From: Fibrobacteria bacterium
GTDB taxonomy: Bacteria; Fibrobacterota; Fibrobacteria; UBA11236; JADFYW01
Assembly (NCBI GenBank): GCA_050294405.1
Contig: JBNKOC010000016.1
Span: forward strand, 224,001 to 288,000
Direction: 5' to 3'
Length of the DNA: 64,000 nt
The notes below the pieces were generated by a model. That model was not told the DNA's origin. It saw only the letters and a list, made by a program, of their open reading frames with translations, and ran no database searches. The first letter of the stretch is position 1. The number at the start of each line of letters is the position of its first letter. A program made the position numbers and the translations under genes. This document shows, one piece after another, positions 47,240 through 57,310 of the stretch.

Positions 47240-47713
47240 CTACTCAAAGCTGAGAACTTCCAGTTCCAGTTTTCCTTTAGGTGTGTTGATGTCCACTTTG
47301 TCCCCGGGGCGTTTGCCCAAAAGGCCCTTGCCAATGGGGGACTGAGCGCTGATTTTTCCTTCTAAAATATCAACGCCATCGGGGCTTACCAATGTGTAGG
47401 TTTGCTTTTTCTTAGATTGCAAATTTAAAACCTGTACAGTGGCGCCGAAAATAATGTGATCGCTATCGGCGGCAGAAACCGTGATAATTTCAGCCCGAGC
47501 CAACTTGTCTTCCAAAATGGCGATTTGAGCTTCGATTTCACCCTGCTTTTCTTTGGCAGCGTGGTATTCGGCATTTTCACTCAGGTCACCCTGTGCTCTG
47601 GCCTCTGCAATTTCTGCAATAATATTTGGCCTATGCACTTTTTTATAGTCATCAAGCTGGGCTTTTAATTTGTCGTAAGTTTCTTGAGACATCGGAATAT
47701 TTCCATTTGACAT
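47240..47713 (-). CDS. greA: Transcription elongation factor GreA
   Basis: ARAQGDLSENAEYHAAKE, FGATV, SPIGKGLLG. Confidence 0.97.
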   Translation of the reverse strand: MSNGNIPMSQETYDKLKAQLDDYKKVHRPNIIAEIAEARAQGDLSENAEYHAAKEKQGEIEAQIAILEDKLARAEIITVSAADSDHIIFGATVQVLNLQSKKKQTYTLVSPDGVDILEGKISAQSPIGKGLLGKRPGDKVDINTPKGKLELEVLSFE

Positions 47714-48097
47714 GAAAGGCTCCAATGGTTGTAAGGTTTAAGATTTCGGTTTGGGTTCTACGATTGCAGTGGCTTTAAAAAGCTTTGACAGTCATAATTG
47801 GCAGATACAGCTGAGAAATAGCAATTCAACTCAAAATTATTTTCCATAAAAAACCTATGTATTTGATTTTTAGTCCGACGGGAAAATCTATTTCTCTGCG
47901 ATTTTGCCGTTAAAAATTAAAATTTCTAATAATTGTTTTTAACTAATCCTCTCGTAGGACCTCTTTATTTATAATATAGACTTTTTTCACATAAATCCAT
48001 AGGCTTTTTGGGAGGCCTTTGAAATAAAGGGCTTTAGCCCTTTTGGAGCTTGTTTTTTAGGTGGAAATCCCTGAAAATTCGATTAAATTTTGCGCCT

Positions 48098-49288
48098 ATG
48101 GAAGAAACAATTCTTTTGCCCGCGGGTTTTTGGCTAACGGGCCTCCACTGCGGTATCAAAAGCTCTGCAAACCACGACTTGGGGCTTATCCACTCCGAAC
48201 CTCCGGCTACTGCTTTTGGCTTTTTTACTAAAAACGATGTGAAAGCGGCACCCGTTATCTATTGCGAAAAAAGCCTGTCCCAAAATAACCAGGTAAGCCA
48301 GGTTTTAGTCAATAGCGGCAATGCCAATGCCTGCACCGGAAAACTTGGTATGGATAATTTGCTGGAAACTGTTTCGATGTTAAAAGAAAAGTTCCAGAGC
48401 AAGGCTGAAGTTTTAATGTGCAGCACAGGTGTTATTGGCGAGCAGCTTCCCATGGGTAAGTTAAAGGCGGGTATAGAAAAATTGTCCTTACCAGACGGGC
48501 CTAATAATCCCAATGGTTTCGCGGCTTCCATTATGACCACCGATACAGTCCCCAAGATATCTTCCCGTGAGATATTTATTGAAGGCCAAAAAATTAGCTT
48601 TACCGCCTTTTGCAAAGGCGCGGGCATGATTCAGCCTAATATGGCGACGATGTTGGCCTATGTTATTTGCGATTTAAAGTTTGCCAGCAACATGAAAGAA
48701 GCCCTAAGGGAAGTGGTGGACAAAAGTTTTAACTCCATTACTGTGGACGGGGATATGAGCACTAACGATACTGTGCTGTTTTTGGGAAATGGAGCCTCGG
48801 GCCTTGACTTTGATAAGCTCTCAGAGGAAGATAAAAAGCTGGTGCTAGATACATTAGCCGACATATGTATAGAACAGGCCAAAAAAATTGTGGCCGATGG
48901 GGAAGGGGCCACCAAGGTTGTGCAAATAGATATTAACGGGGCTCCCAATGCAGAAGTGGGCAAAAAGCTAGCCCGGCAAGTGGCCAATTCTCCTTTGGTT
49001 AAAACAGCTATTTTTGGACGGGACCCAAACTGGGGACGAATATTGGCCTCTTTGGGTAGCGTGTCCGCAGGACTCCACCCAGATAGCATCAATATAAGCC
49101 TATGTGCTGTTCCGGTTTTTACAAACGGGGGCCCGGCAGATTTCGACGAGGCGGATTTAGTCCACAAAATGGGAGAAAAGGATATATTATTATCTGTAGA
49201 GCTTGGCCTGGGAGACGCTTCCTGGACCTATTGGACCTGTGACCTCACTTACGATTACATCAAAATTAACGCAGATTACCACACTTGA
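48098..49288 (+). CDS. argJ: Bifunctional glutamate N-acetyltransferase/ornithine acetyltransferase
   Basis: NSGNANACTG, STGVIG, IMTTDT, KGAGMIQPNMATML, DGEGATK, CDLTYDYIKINADY. Confidence 0.97.
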   Translation: MEETILLPAGFWLTGLHCGIKSSANHDLGLIHSEPPATAFGFFTKNDVKAAPVIYCEKSLSQNNQVSQVLVNSGNANACTGKLGMDNLLETVSMLKEKFQSKAEVLMCSTGVIGEQLPMGKLKAGIEKLSLPDGPNNPNGFAASIMTTDTVPKISSREIFIEGQKISFTAFCKGAGMIQPNMATMLAYVICDLKFASNMKEALREVVDKSFNSITVDGDMSTNDTVLFLGNGASGLDFDKLSEEDKKLVLDTLADICIEQAKKIVADGEGATKVVQIDINGAPNAEVGKKLARQVANSPLVKTAIFGRDPNWGRILASLGSVSAGLHPDSINISLCAVPVFTNGGPADFDEADLVHKMGEKDILLSVELGLGDASWTYWTCDLTYDYIKINADYHT

Positions 49289-49302
49289 CCTAAAGGAAGA
49301 AA

Positions 49303-50559
49303 ATGAACGAATTAAAATCCACCGATAAAGAAATTTTTGAAGCTATCCAACGGGAATCCACCCGTCAGGAACAAGGGCTGGAATTGATTGCTTCGGAAAA
49401 TTACACCAGCAAGGCAGTGATGGAAGCGATGGGTACCGTTCTCACCAATAAATATTCGGAAGGATACATTGGCAAAAGGTATTACGCTGGAAACGAAATT
49501 ATAGACGAGGTGGAAGCCCTTGCTATCAATCGTGCCAAAGAATTATTCGGCGCGGAACATGTTAATATCCAACCTCTTTCAGGAAGCCCGGCCAATTCTG
49601 CGGTTTATTTTGCTACTGTAAAACCAGGCGATAAAGTGATGGGTTTAAAATTGGATCACGGGGGACATCTTTCACATGGGCATCCGGTAAACTTTTCGGG
49701 AATGTTATACGACTTTGTGCAATACGGCGTGGAAGAAGATACGGGCTTAATTGATATGGACAAAGTCCGCGAAATCGCCCTTAAGGAAAGACCGAAATTA
49801 TTGATTGCCGGATTTTCAGCCTATTCCAGAAACATCGACTGGCAGGCTTTTAAATCTATTGCCGATGAAATCGGGGCCATAACATTTGGCGATATAGCTC
49901 ATATTGCAGGCCTTATAGCGGGTAAAGCGTTGGAGAATCCCGTTCCTATTTTTGATATTGTGACAACCACCACACATAAAACCTTGCGAGGTCCACGGGG
50001 AGCCATTATTATGTGTAAGGAGCCCTTCCAAAAAGCCATAGACAGAAGCGTTTTTCCAGGCCTTCAGGGCGGCCCTCACGATCACATTAATGCGGCTAAG
50101 GCTGTGTGTTTTAAAGAAGCTCTTTCCCCTGAATTCCAAAGCTATGCAAAAAATACCATCGTTAATGCCCAGGCTTTGGCCAAAGGGCTTATGGACAGAG
50201 GCTATAAAATCTGCACCGATGGAACAGACAACCATTTAATGGTAGTGGATTTGCGCTCTAAAGACTTAACCGGAAAAATTGCGGAAAAGGCTTTGGATGA
50301 AGTGGGTATTTCCTGCAGCCGTAGTACTATTCCCGGAGATACGAGAAAAGCCATGGATCCCTCAGGCATTCGTCTGGGAACTCCGGCCATTACCACCAGG
50401 GGCCTATCTGTTTCTGATATGGATTGGGTGGCTGGCGTTATTGACGACGCCATTATGAGCCACGACAACGAAGCTAAACTTAAATCTGTTAAAGCCAGCG
50501 TATTGGAAATGTGCGAAAAGTTTCCCTTGTATGCGGGGGAATCCGTTCAGGCTTCCTGA
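49303..50559 (+). CDS. glyA: Serine hydroxymethyltransferase
   Basis: LIASENY, NKYSEGY, GGHLSHG, TTTTHKTLRGPRG, FPGLQGGP. Confidence 0.98.
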   Translation: MNELKSTDKEIFEAIQRESTRQEQGLELIASENYTSKAVMEAMGTVLTNKYSEGYIGKRYYAGNEIIDEVEALAINRAKELFGAEHVNIQPLSGSPANSAVYFATVKPGDKVMGLKLDHGGHLSHGHPVNFSGMLYDFVQYGVEEDTGLIDMDKVREIALKERPKLLIAGFSAYSRNIDWQAFKSIADEIGAITFGDIAHIAGLIAGKALENPVPIFDIVTTTTHKTLRGPRGAIIMCKEPFQKAIDRSVFPGLQGGPHDHINAAKAVCFKEALSPEFQSYAKNTIVNAQALAKGLMDRGYKICTDGTDNHLMVVDLRSKDLTGKIAEKALDEVGISCSRSTIPGDTRKAMDPSGIRLGTPAITTRGLSVSDMDWVAGVIDDAIMSHDNEAKLKSVKASVLEMCEKFPLYAGESVQAS

Positions 50560-50568
50560 TAAATTAAA

Positions 50569-51675
50569 ATGGTCCATCACATACCCCTCGCAAACCCCGA
50601 TATAAAGGCCTTAGCGGGGGGTATTCCCAAATCTTTTCAATTGGGAAGCCTTAATATTTACCCCAATGTATTGCTTTCTTCCATGCATGGGGTAACGGAT
50701 TTGTCTTTTCGTCGCTTGATAACATATATAACAGGCGGACGCACCGGCACTTTGGTGACGGAGTTTATTTCCGCTTCGGAGCTTTTGAAAAAAAATCCCA
50801 AGTCGCTGGAACAGATGCGTTTTGACAGCAATCAAAAACCTTTTGGCATCCAAATTTATGGCGGGGAGCCCGATGAGATGTATGGAGCGGCTCAAATGGC
50901 AGAAGCCGCGGGGGCCGATTATGTGGAAATCAATTCAGGATGTCCTGCACCAAGGGTGGTCCGCAAACAATGCGGCTCTGGGCTGTTAAAAGATTTAAAC
51001 CATTTTCGGGAGGTGGTAGCTTCGGTGGTTAAAGCGGTATCCCTTCCTGTTTCCGTTAAAGTGCGCATCGGCTATTTTAACAGCCAGATAAATGTGTTGG
51101 AGGCTAATCACATAGCCACAGAAGAAGGGGCTAAATGTTTTATTATCCACGGACGAACCCGGGAGCAGGGTTATAAAGGTTTTGCAGATTGGAATGTTAT
51201 TGAAAAAACTGCCCGGCAATCCGGCATTCCGGTGGTGGGCAATGGGGATGTGTTATCCCTGGAAGATGCAGTGGTGCGATTGAACCAGCACGGAGTCCAG
51301 GGAGTGTCTTTGGGCAGGGGAGCTATGCACAATCCCTTTTTATTTTCTCAAGTATTGGATTTGTACGAGGGTAGGGAAGTGGAAGAGCCCAGTTCATCCA
51401 TCTTGAAAGATATGTTTTTAAAATACCACGAGTTTTTATTGGAGGACTTTAAAAAGCCTCAAAAATCTTTGGGTAGGTTAAAACAGTTGGCTGCCCGAGT
51501 TTTAAAAGGTTTTCCCCAATGTATAGAGCCCCGCAACCAGGTTTTGCGTTCCGAATCGGTAGAGAACTTCTTCAGCCGGTTGGATGATTTTTTTGCCAAT
51601 TATCCTGTCGATGTAAAGCGGGCCTTGCAGGAAATAAAAAACCTAAATGGCCGCCCTACTAATGAAGTGGAGTAA
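50569..51675 (+). CDS. tRNA-dihydrouridine synthase (DusB/C-like)
   Basis: MHGVTD, QIYG, INSGCP, KVRIG, HGRT, GNGDV, GRGA. Confidence 0.9.
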   Translation: MVHHIPLANPDIKALAGGIPKSFQLGSLNIYPNVLLSSMHGVTDLSFRRLITYITGGRTGTLVTEFISASELLKKNPKSLEQMRFDSNQKPFGIQIYGGEPDEMYGAAQMAEAAGADYVEINSGCPAPRVVRKQCGSGLLKDLNHFREVVASVVKAVSLPVSVKVRIGYFNSQINVLEANHIATEEGAKCFIIHGRTREQGYKGFADWNVIEKTARQSGIPVVGNGDVLSLEDAVVRLNQHGVQGVSLGRGAMHNPFLFSQVLDLYEGREVEEPSSSILKDMFLKYHEFLLEDFKKPQKSLGRLKQLAARVLKGFPQCIEPRNQVLRSESVENFFSRLDDFFANYPVDVKRALQEIKNLNGRPTNEVE

Positions 51676-51837
51676 GGAGTCTGTCCGATTTAACATTCGC
51701 ACTACGGCTGGCTGCAAAATCATAGCTCGGCGTTGTTCTTTTTCGACGTAATTCGCCTTATTAGGTCCGCAAAACTCGCCTTGATCTGCGATTTTTCGCT
51801 CAGCCTCGCTATGCAAAGCTTAAATCCGACAGGCTCC
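51676..51837. mobile_element. MITE-like element (162 bp) with 18-bp terminal inverted repeats
   Basis: GGAGTCTGTCCGATTTAA / TTAAATCCGACAGGCTCC (16/18 match), flanked by TAA (dus stop) and TAG; no ORF. Confidence 0.75.
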
Positions 51838-51860
51838 TAGATAGCCAATATAAAGCCGCT

Positions 51861-51984
51861 TAAAAATGGAGCTTTTTGCCTTTCTCCTGCGTTGAACTCC
51901 TCCTCACAATCCTCATTTATTTAATATAAACTCCGGTTGTTCGTCGTCGTCCGCCTTGGATAAAAACAAAAACCTCCATTTTTA
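51861..51984. repeat. Long palindromic (REP/MITE-like) element
   Basis: TAAAAATGGAGCTTTTTG / CAAAAACCTCCATTTTTA (17/18); inner CTGCGTTG...CGCCTTG. Confidence 0.75.
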
Positions 51985-52000
51985 GGTATTCTATTTATTT

Positions 52001-52915
52001 TTATTTGGGATTAAACCCGAACAAAAGCCCTGTTACAAAGCTGTTGTGTGTGTTGGCTTGGGCTAAAAAATATGCCCCTGCCTGTTGCATCATTTCAGCT
52101 GCGGTGTACTTAGTTGTTTCCGCTGCCTCGTCCACCCCTACCAAAGCAGAGCTTGCCGCCTCGTAGTTACTGGCTTTGTTCGTAAGAGAGTTTTGCCGTC
52201 CTTCCAGCAATGTTATGGTATTGGATATGCGAGCTAAGTTTCTATCTAATTGAGCAAGCCCGGAAGCGCTGCTATCATCAGGGCGGGTGCCCTCAATGGC
52301 GTCGTGGAAATTTTGAGCCGAGGCTCTTTCCGCGGCATCGCCTCCTCCGCTGCCTTCCCAAACTCCGGTGGCTGTGCTGTAGTCATCGCCCCCGTCGTTA
52401 CCCAGGTTAAGACCTGTGGCATTTCCAAATGTGGTATCAAATAAGTCGTAACTTATGGTGTCGCTGGTGTTTTCATCCACCTGGACCGTAAATGTCTGGG
52501 CTGCATTTAACAGGTTATCCCCATTAAAATTAAAACTGCTCACCAGTGTATCGATTTGTCCTTTGATTTCATCGAATTCATCGGCATATATGGCCCTTAG
52601 CGTATCATCATCGGTATTGGCCGCATCATCGGCTAATTCGCTTTGCTGTTCCAGAAGACTGCGGATTTCCGTTAGACTATCTCTGGCTGTTTTTAAAGCA
52701 TTGATGTTATCATCCAATTCGCTTGCCAGGTTGCGGGTTGTTTCCGCCCGGCGCGTTAAGCTTTGAGCTACAAAATAAGCACCGGGATCGTCGCTTGGGG
52801 ATTGGACCCGAAGCCCCGATGTTAGCTTAGACAGTGAATCGTTGAGTTGCCCCTGATTGGAGCGCAAAAATTCCCCTAGTATGAAATAGGGATTATTCTG
52901 TATATGGGAAATCAT
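52001..52915 (-). CDS. Flagellin-like protein (divergent, orphan)
   Basis: N-terminal LSKLTSGLRVQSPSDDPG, FNGDNLL, C-terminal VDEAAET...QQAG...LAQAN. Confidence 0.88.
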   Translation of the reverse strand: MISHIQNNPYFILGEFLRSNQGQLNDSLSKLTSGLRVQSPSDDPGAYFVAQSLTRRAETTRNLASELDDNINALKTARDSLTEIRSLLEQQSELADDAANTDDDTLRAIYADEFDEIKGQIDTLVSSFNFNGDNLLNAAQTFTVQVDENTSDTISYDLFDTTFGNATGLNLGNDGGDDYSTATGVWEGSGGGDAAERASAQNFHDAIEGTRPDDSSASGLAQLDRNLARISNTITLLEGRQNSLTNKASNYEAASSALVGVDEAAETTKYTAAEMMQQAGAYFLAQANTHNSFVTGLLFGFNPK

Positions 52916-53053
52916 ATCGACCTTCCTTGTTATGTGTTTCGTCCCTGTTTTGGAAGGTCTGGCGCAAAGCCATTCCTTCTCTCTAATCGCAAGGGTACGT
53001 GTAGCAGAAAAGGTTTATTCCCCAATGAACCGAATCTACTATACCCTTTATTT

Positions 53054-53080
53054 TTATCGGAAGGATTTTGAAAAACTTTA
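53054..53080 (-). promoter_or_regulatory. Sigma-28 (FliA) promoter TAAA-N15-TCCGATAA
   Basis: Near-consensus, about 140 nt upstream of the flagellin ATG. Confidence 0.85.
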
Positions 53081-53311
53081 GCACTTTTTTTTAAAAAAAT
53101 TTAAAAGTGAAAAAAAGGGCTTATTTTCGCTTAAATCAAAATATTTTTAGTTTTTTTAGAGGGTCTAAACCCTGAAGCTAAAGTTGCTGATTGCTGTGGA
53201 TAAGTGCAAATTTAAAGGTAAAAACGAGCCAAAAGCCATTTTTTGGGAAGCTTGTTATTTTTCCTTTTCCAATCTTTCTTATAAACAGATAAAAATCAGT
53301 AGCTGAATTTG

Positions 53312-54322
53312 ATGCCGGTAAAAAAAATAAACAGAAGATTTATGGTAGCTCCCATGATGGAGTACACAGACCGCCATTGTCGCTATGTAATGCGTATGTT
53401 ATCTAAGCATTCGGTTTTGTATACGGAAATGGTGACGGTGCCGGCCATATTACGGGGGGATTTGGACAAATTGCTGGGCAAAGACAGCTCAGAGAACCCC
53501 GTGGTGTGCCAAATCGGGGGCAGCGACCCCAAGGATATGGCTCTTTGCGCAAAACCCATTGAAGATTTTGGTTACGATGAAATTAACATCAACGTAGGTT
53601 GCCCCTCGGATAGGGTGCAAAATGGCGACTTCGGGGTATGTTTGATGAAAAATCCGGAGAGGGTGGCCGAATGCGTGGCTGCTTTAAAGAAAGGCACAAA
53701 GCTTCCCGTTAGTGTGAAAACCCGTATTGGCGTGGATAATGAAGACAGCTATCCCTTTTTAAAAAAGTTCACACAATGTATCGTAGATGCCGGAGTAGAC
53801 CAACTCACTATACATGCCCGTAAAGCCTGGCTTAAGGGTTTGAGTCCCAAAGAAAACCGGGAAGTGCCGCCCCTTGATTACAACCGGGTTTATCAGTTAA
53901 AAGAGGATTTTCCCCAGTTGGAAATGGCTATTAACGGCGGTATAAAAAGTTTTGAAGAAATAGAAGGCCACTTGCATAAACTCGAAGGGGTGATGTTAGG
54001 AAGGCATGCTTACGACAATATGTATATGCTTGCTCAAGTGGATAACTTGTTATATGGAGAAAATTCTGAAACTCCAAGTCGGGCCCGAATACTGGAAGAT
54101 TTCATCCCCTATTTCGAGGAACAGACTGCTTTGGGAGTTAAGCCCCACTGGCTTTTGCGCCATGTATCTAATCTTTTTTACCATGTTCCCGGAGCCCGCA
54201 AAATAAGGGGCAGCCTGGCCAATTGCCGGGAAGCCAGCCAAGGCAAAAAGACGCTTTTGGAGCTGGCCAGTTACTTAAGGGAAAAAGGCGAAGTTAGGCG
54301 GCCTTTGCAGCAAACACTTTAA
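53312..54322 (+). CDS. dusA: tRNA-dihydrouridine(20/20a) synthase
   Basis: VAPMMEYTDRHCR, NINVGCPSDRVQ, HARKAWLKGLSPKENREVPPL, INGGI. Confidence 0.95.
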   Translation: MPVKKINRRFMVAPMMEYTDRHCRYVMRMLSKHSVLYTEMVTVPAILRGDLDKLLGKDSSENPVVCQIGGSDPKDMALCAKPIEDFGYDEININVGCPSDRVQNGDFGVCLMKNPERVAECVAALKKGTKLPVSVKTRIGVDNEDSYPFLKKFTQCIVDAGVDQLTIHARKAWLKGLSPKENREVPPLDYNRVYQLKEDFPQLEMAINGGIKSFEEIEGHLHKLEGVMLGRHAYDNMYMLAQVDNLLYGENSETPSRARILEDFIPYFEEQTALGVKPHWLLRHVSNLFYHVPGARKIRGSLANCREASQGKKTLLELASYLREKGEVRRPLQQTL

Positions 54323-54554
54323 AACCCGTTTGTTCTTCGGCCACAGGTTCTTTATTGCGCTCGATTTTGGTTATAACCCAATTTCCATCCTTCACGCAAA
54401 CCTCCGTTAAAATACTCTTGGCTCCCCAATAGTCTATGTTTTCGCAGAAAGAAAAACGGAAGCCCTCCACTTCGGCTAATTTCAAATTTTGGGCGGCAAG
54501 GTATTCTTCCGACTTCGCTATTAAATCTTTAGGTTGGAAATGTTCACAAGGCAT
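54294..54554 (-). CDS. Small hypothetical protein
   Basis: MPCEHFQPKDL... 86 aa with protein-like composition; 3' end overlaps the dusA end. Confidence 0.55.
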   Translation of the reverse strand: MPCEHFQPKDLIAKSEEYLAAQNLKLAEVEGFRFSFCENIDYWGAKSILTEVCVKDGNWVITKIERNKEPVAEEQTGFKVFAAKAA

Positions 54555-54643
54555 ACAGGGAATATACAATTTTTAGGGGGATGTGCTAATTTGATCTGCC
54601 TGCTTTGCGAATTGTGTCTGGTGTTTTTATCTTCCTGTTAAGA

Positions 54644-55432
54644 ATGGGAAAAAAAACATCTAAGTTAATGGGCCCGGAAGGTTTTGAATCTTTTTACCTG
54701 GGCCATTTGGGGGGACGCTGGGAGTCTCTCAAAAATTCCTTTGGGAAGGATACACAGTACAGCAAAGTTGAGTTTGAGGGGATGGCTCCCTATTTTTTGG
54801 ATAAAGCGTCTTTTTTAGCGGCAAACCAATTGGAATTGAAAAAAGACGAAAACTTTTTGGATATGTGTTCTGCCCCTGGGGGAAAAGCCCTTTGCCTTTT
54901 ACAACGCTATGGGAAAGACGTTCATTTTTTATTGAATGATGTTTCTAACACAAGGCGCCTTAGGTTGCTAAAGGTTTTAAAAGAACATGTGCCTTTAAAT
55001 TTTCGGGAACATGTTAAACTCTCCGGTCAGGATGGGAAAAAGCCCTATGCTTTTGGAAACGAGGGCTTTGATAAAATTTTGCTGGATGCGCCTTGCAGTT
55101 CGGAACGCCATGTATGGCAAGCTCCCAAACATTTAAAAGAATGGAGTTCCAGCCGGGCCCAAAGACTGGCTAAAGAACAATGGGGCCTTATAAAAACGGC
55201 CCTAAAAATTTTAAAACCAGGTGGGCATTTACTCTACAGTACTTGCGCTTTAAATCCCGCAGAAAATGATGGGATTATTGAAAAAGCCAAAGAAAGGTTT
55301 TCTCTGCAAATTGAAGTGGAAAAAATAACCCTGGAAGAGGGGGAGGCCACAACACATGGCTGGCAAATATGGCCAGATGTATGTGAAGGTATGGGGCCTA
55401 TTTATATGGCCCGCATTTTTAAATCAGCCTAA
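54644..55432 (+). CDS. RsmB/NOP2 family RNA m5C methyltransferase
   Basis: LDMCSAPGGK, DKILLDAPCS, YSTC...ENDG. Confidence 0.92.
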   Translation: MGKKTSKLMGPEGFESFYLGHLGGRWESLKNSFGKDTQYSKVEFEGMAPYFLDKASFLAANQLELKKDENFLDMCSAPGGKALCLLQRYGKDVHFLLNDVSNTRRLRLLKVLKEHVPLNFREHVKLSGQDGKKPYAFGNEGFDKILLDAPCSSERHVWQAPKHLKEWSSSRAQRLAKEQWGLIKTALKILKPGGHLLYSTCALNPAENDGIIEKAKERFSLQIEVEKITLEEGEATTHGWQIWPDVCEGMGPIYMARIFKSA

Positions 55433-55457
55433 TGCCGCGATCCCAATTTTTAAAGGC

Positions 55458-56789
55458 TTAAAAATTTTCGCTGCTTTTTGCCGGGCTGCGTCCAGTGGCT
55501 CTATAGAAACCCCAAAGTAGGGGTAAAAGTGAGCTTAGAGTAAGGTAAAGCACCAGCCTTAACAAACGGCCTAAAGGGCCGGGAACTTTTAAACTGTGGA
55601 TGGAATCCATAAATTTCTTGCCGTAATATACAGGCAGAATTTGGCTTAAAATGTTGGCCAGGGGAAATTCTTTCCAGTTAAACTCTTTTCCGGGAAGGCC
55701 GAATAAAAAAGTGAACTTGGGGTATTTTTCAAAAACCCAATGGATAATATATCCGCCAGAATAGGTTCCTCCTACCACTATGACCACCCTTCGGAACATA
55801 TCAAATAAGTTGTTTTCGGGAAACTGGTGATCTGCCCAGCGCAAAAAGTGGGTGTGGCACAGATAGGCGAAAAAGGTATAGGGCGCAATATGGGTGAAAA
55901 TAATACGGGAGTATTTTAAGGAATAAAATTCGCGGTTTAAAAAATGCCTGGACTTGGTGTATAACATAAGGCTGGCCATGCAAAATAGAACCACGGACCA
56001 GCGGTTAAAATGGTCCACATAGTAAATAGGCTTTTTTTGCTCTAATACACCCCAGGCAAATTCCATATTTAAAAAAGCAAACAGAAATATCCAGATGGAA
56101 ACAGCTTGTTTAAAACTATACCTGTCTACTAATTTCTGAAACCTGTCGAAGTTTGCCGCCACATAGACACCCGCAAAGCAGTAAAGCCAGTAAAAAACTA
56201 GAGCATTGTGGTGGAGCTTGGGGAGGGAAAGCCCCATCCAATGCAAATAAGTTTCCACGGGAGACATGAAACACAAATGCAACAATAAGGAACCCCACAA
56301 CAAAAGGCTGGAATTTTTGAATCGATATATAAAGGGGTAAATGAGATAAAATTGGAAAATGACAATTAAAAAGTAAAGTTGGTAGTCAAAGCCTGTAAAA
56401 AAGAAGAACTGGAATAAATCCCAAAAACTTCCCAGAGCATTTCCTGACCAATCAAGCTTTTCTATGTATCCCACGTGGCGGTAGGTTACAATGAGGGACA
56501 GGAATATAAAGGGCAGCATAATTTTTTTTAAGCGGAATTTATAATACTGCTTTAAGGGGTATTGTTTTTTCTCAAATTGTAGAGTGAGGCCATAACCCGA
56601 TAGAAACAAAAACAGGGGAACAGTAAAACGAGTGTATTGATCCACGACACAGCTTAAATATTCCAGTGAAATAATGTTCCGGGTTAGGGCAAAACGCGAC
56701 ACCCAATCATGGACACAGTGTGCTAAAACCACCGAAACAGAGGCCAAAACCCGGAGCATGTCACTGTCATTTTTGTTAAATCGAACCAT
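55458..56789 (-). CDS. Acyltransferase family 3 (membrane O-acyltransferase)
   Basis: DMLR...VVLAH, VPLFLFLSG, YQLYFLIVIFQFY, YLCH; multi-TM. Confidence 0.85.
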   Translation of the reverse strand: MVRFNKNDSDMLRVLASVSVVLAHCVHDWVSRFALTRNIISLEYLSCVVDQYTRFTVPLFLFLSGYGLTLQFEKKQYPLKQYYKFRLKKIMLPFIFLSLIVTYRHVGYIEKLDWSGNALGSFWDLFQFFFFTGFDYQLYFLIVIFQFYLIYPFIYRFKNSSLLLWGSLLLHLCFMSPVETYLHWMGLSLPKLHHNALVFYWLYCFAGVYVAANFDRFQKLVDRYSFKQAVSIWIFLFAFLNMEFAWGVLEQKKPIYYVDHFNRWSVVLFCMASLMLYTKSRHFLNREFYSLKYSRIIFTHIAPYTFFAYLCHTHFLRWADHQFPENNLFDMFRRVVIVVGGTYSGGYIIHWVFEKYPKFTFLFGLPGKEFNWKEFPLANILSQILPVYYGKKFMDSIHSLKVPGPLGRLLRLVLYLTLSSLLPLLWGFYRATGRSPAKSSENF

Positions 56790-57310
56790 AATTCCCAGAA
56801 AGCCTAATTTATTTAAAAAAAGAAAATGGCGTTTTTTTTATATAAAAGGCCTTTTTTCCAAAACCAGGAGGTTAATTTATAATTTATTCAGGAAATTTTT
56901 AAAAACATTGAGAAAAAAGGTGAAATATAAAGTATCTTTATAGAGTTAAGTTTCTGAAAGGCTTATTGGTACAATCCAATTCTAATTGAATTAAAAAATT
57001 TCTCTCCCGCTTCTTATCATATGTTTTCCGCTTTAAAAAAATTGCCCTCCCGTATTAACATACCCCTGAAACCTTTGTTTCGCTACTGTTATAGTGGCTT
57101 ATTCCAATAATTTGTTTACAAAGCTTCTTGAAATTAATCTTTTTTATGTATGGGCTAGCCATCTTTAGCAGCCTTGGTTTTTTCATGGAATTTTTTGCCC
57201 TTACTTCTGCTCTTCCCCTTCAAGCGTCATTCAGGTTTCAATAATTATTTAACGATTTTTTGTTCACTAACATTTTATAGGCTAGATTTTTTTACTCAAA
57301 AGGAGGCAAT

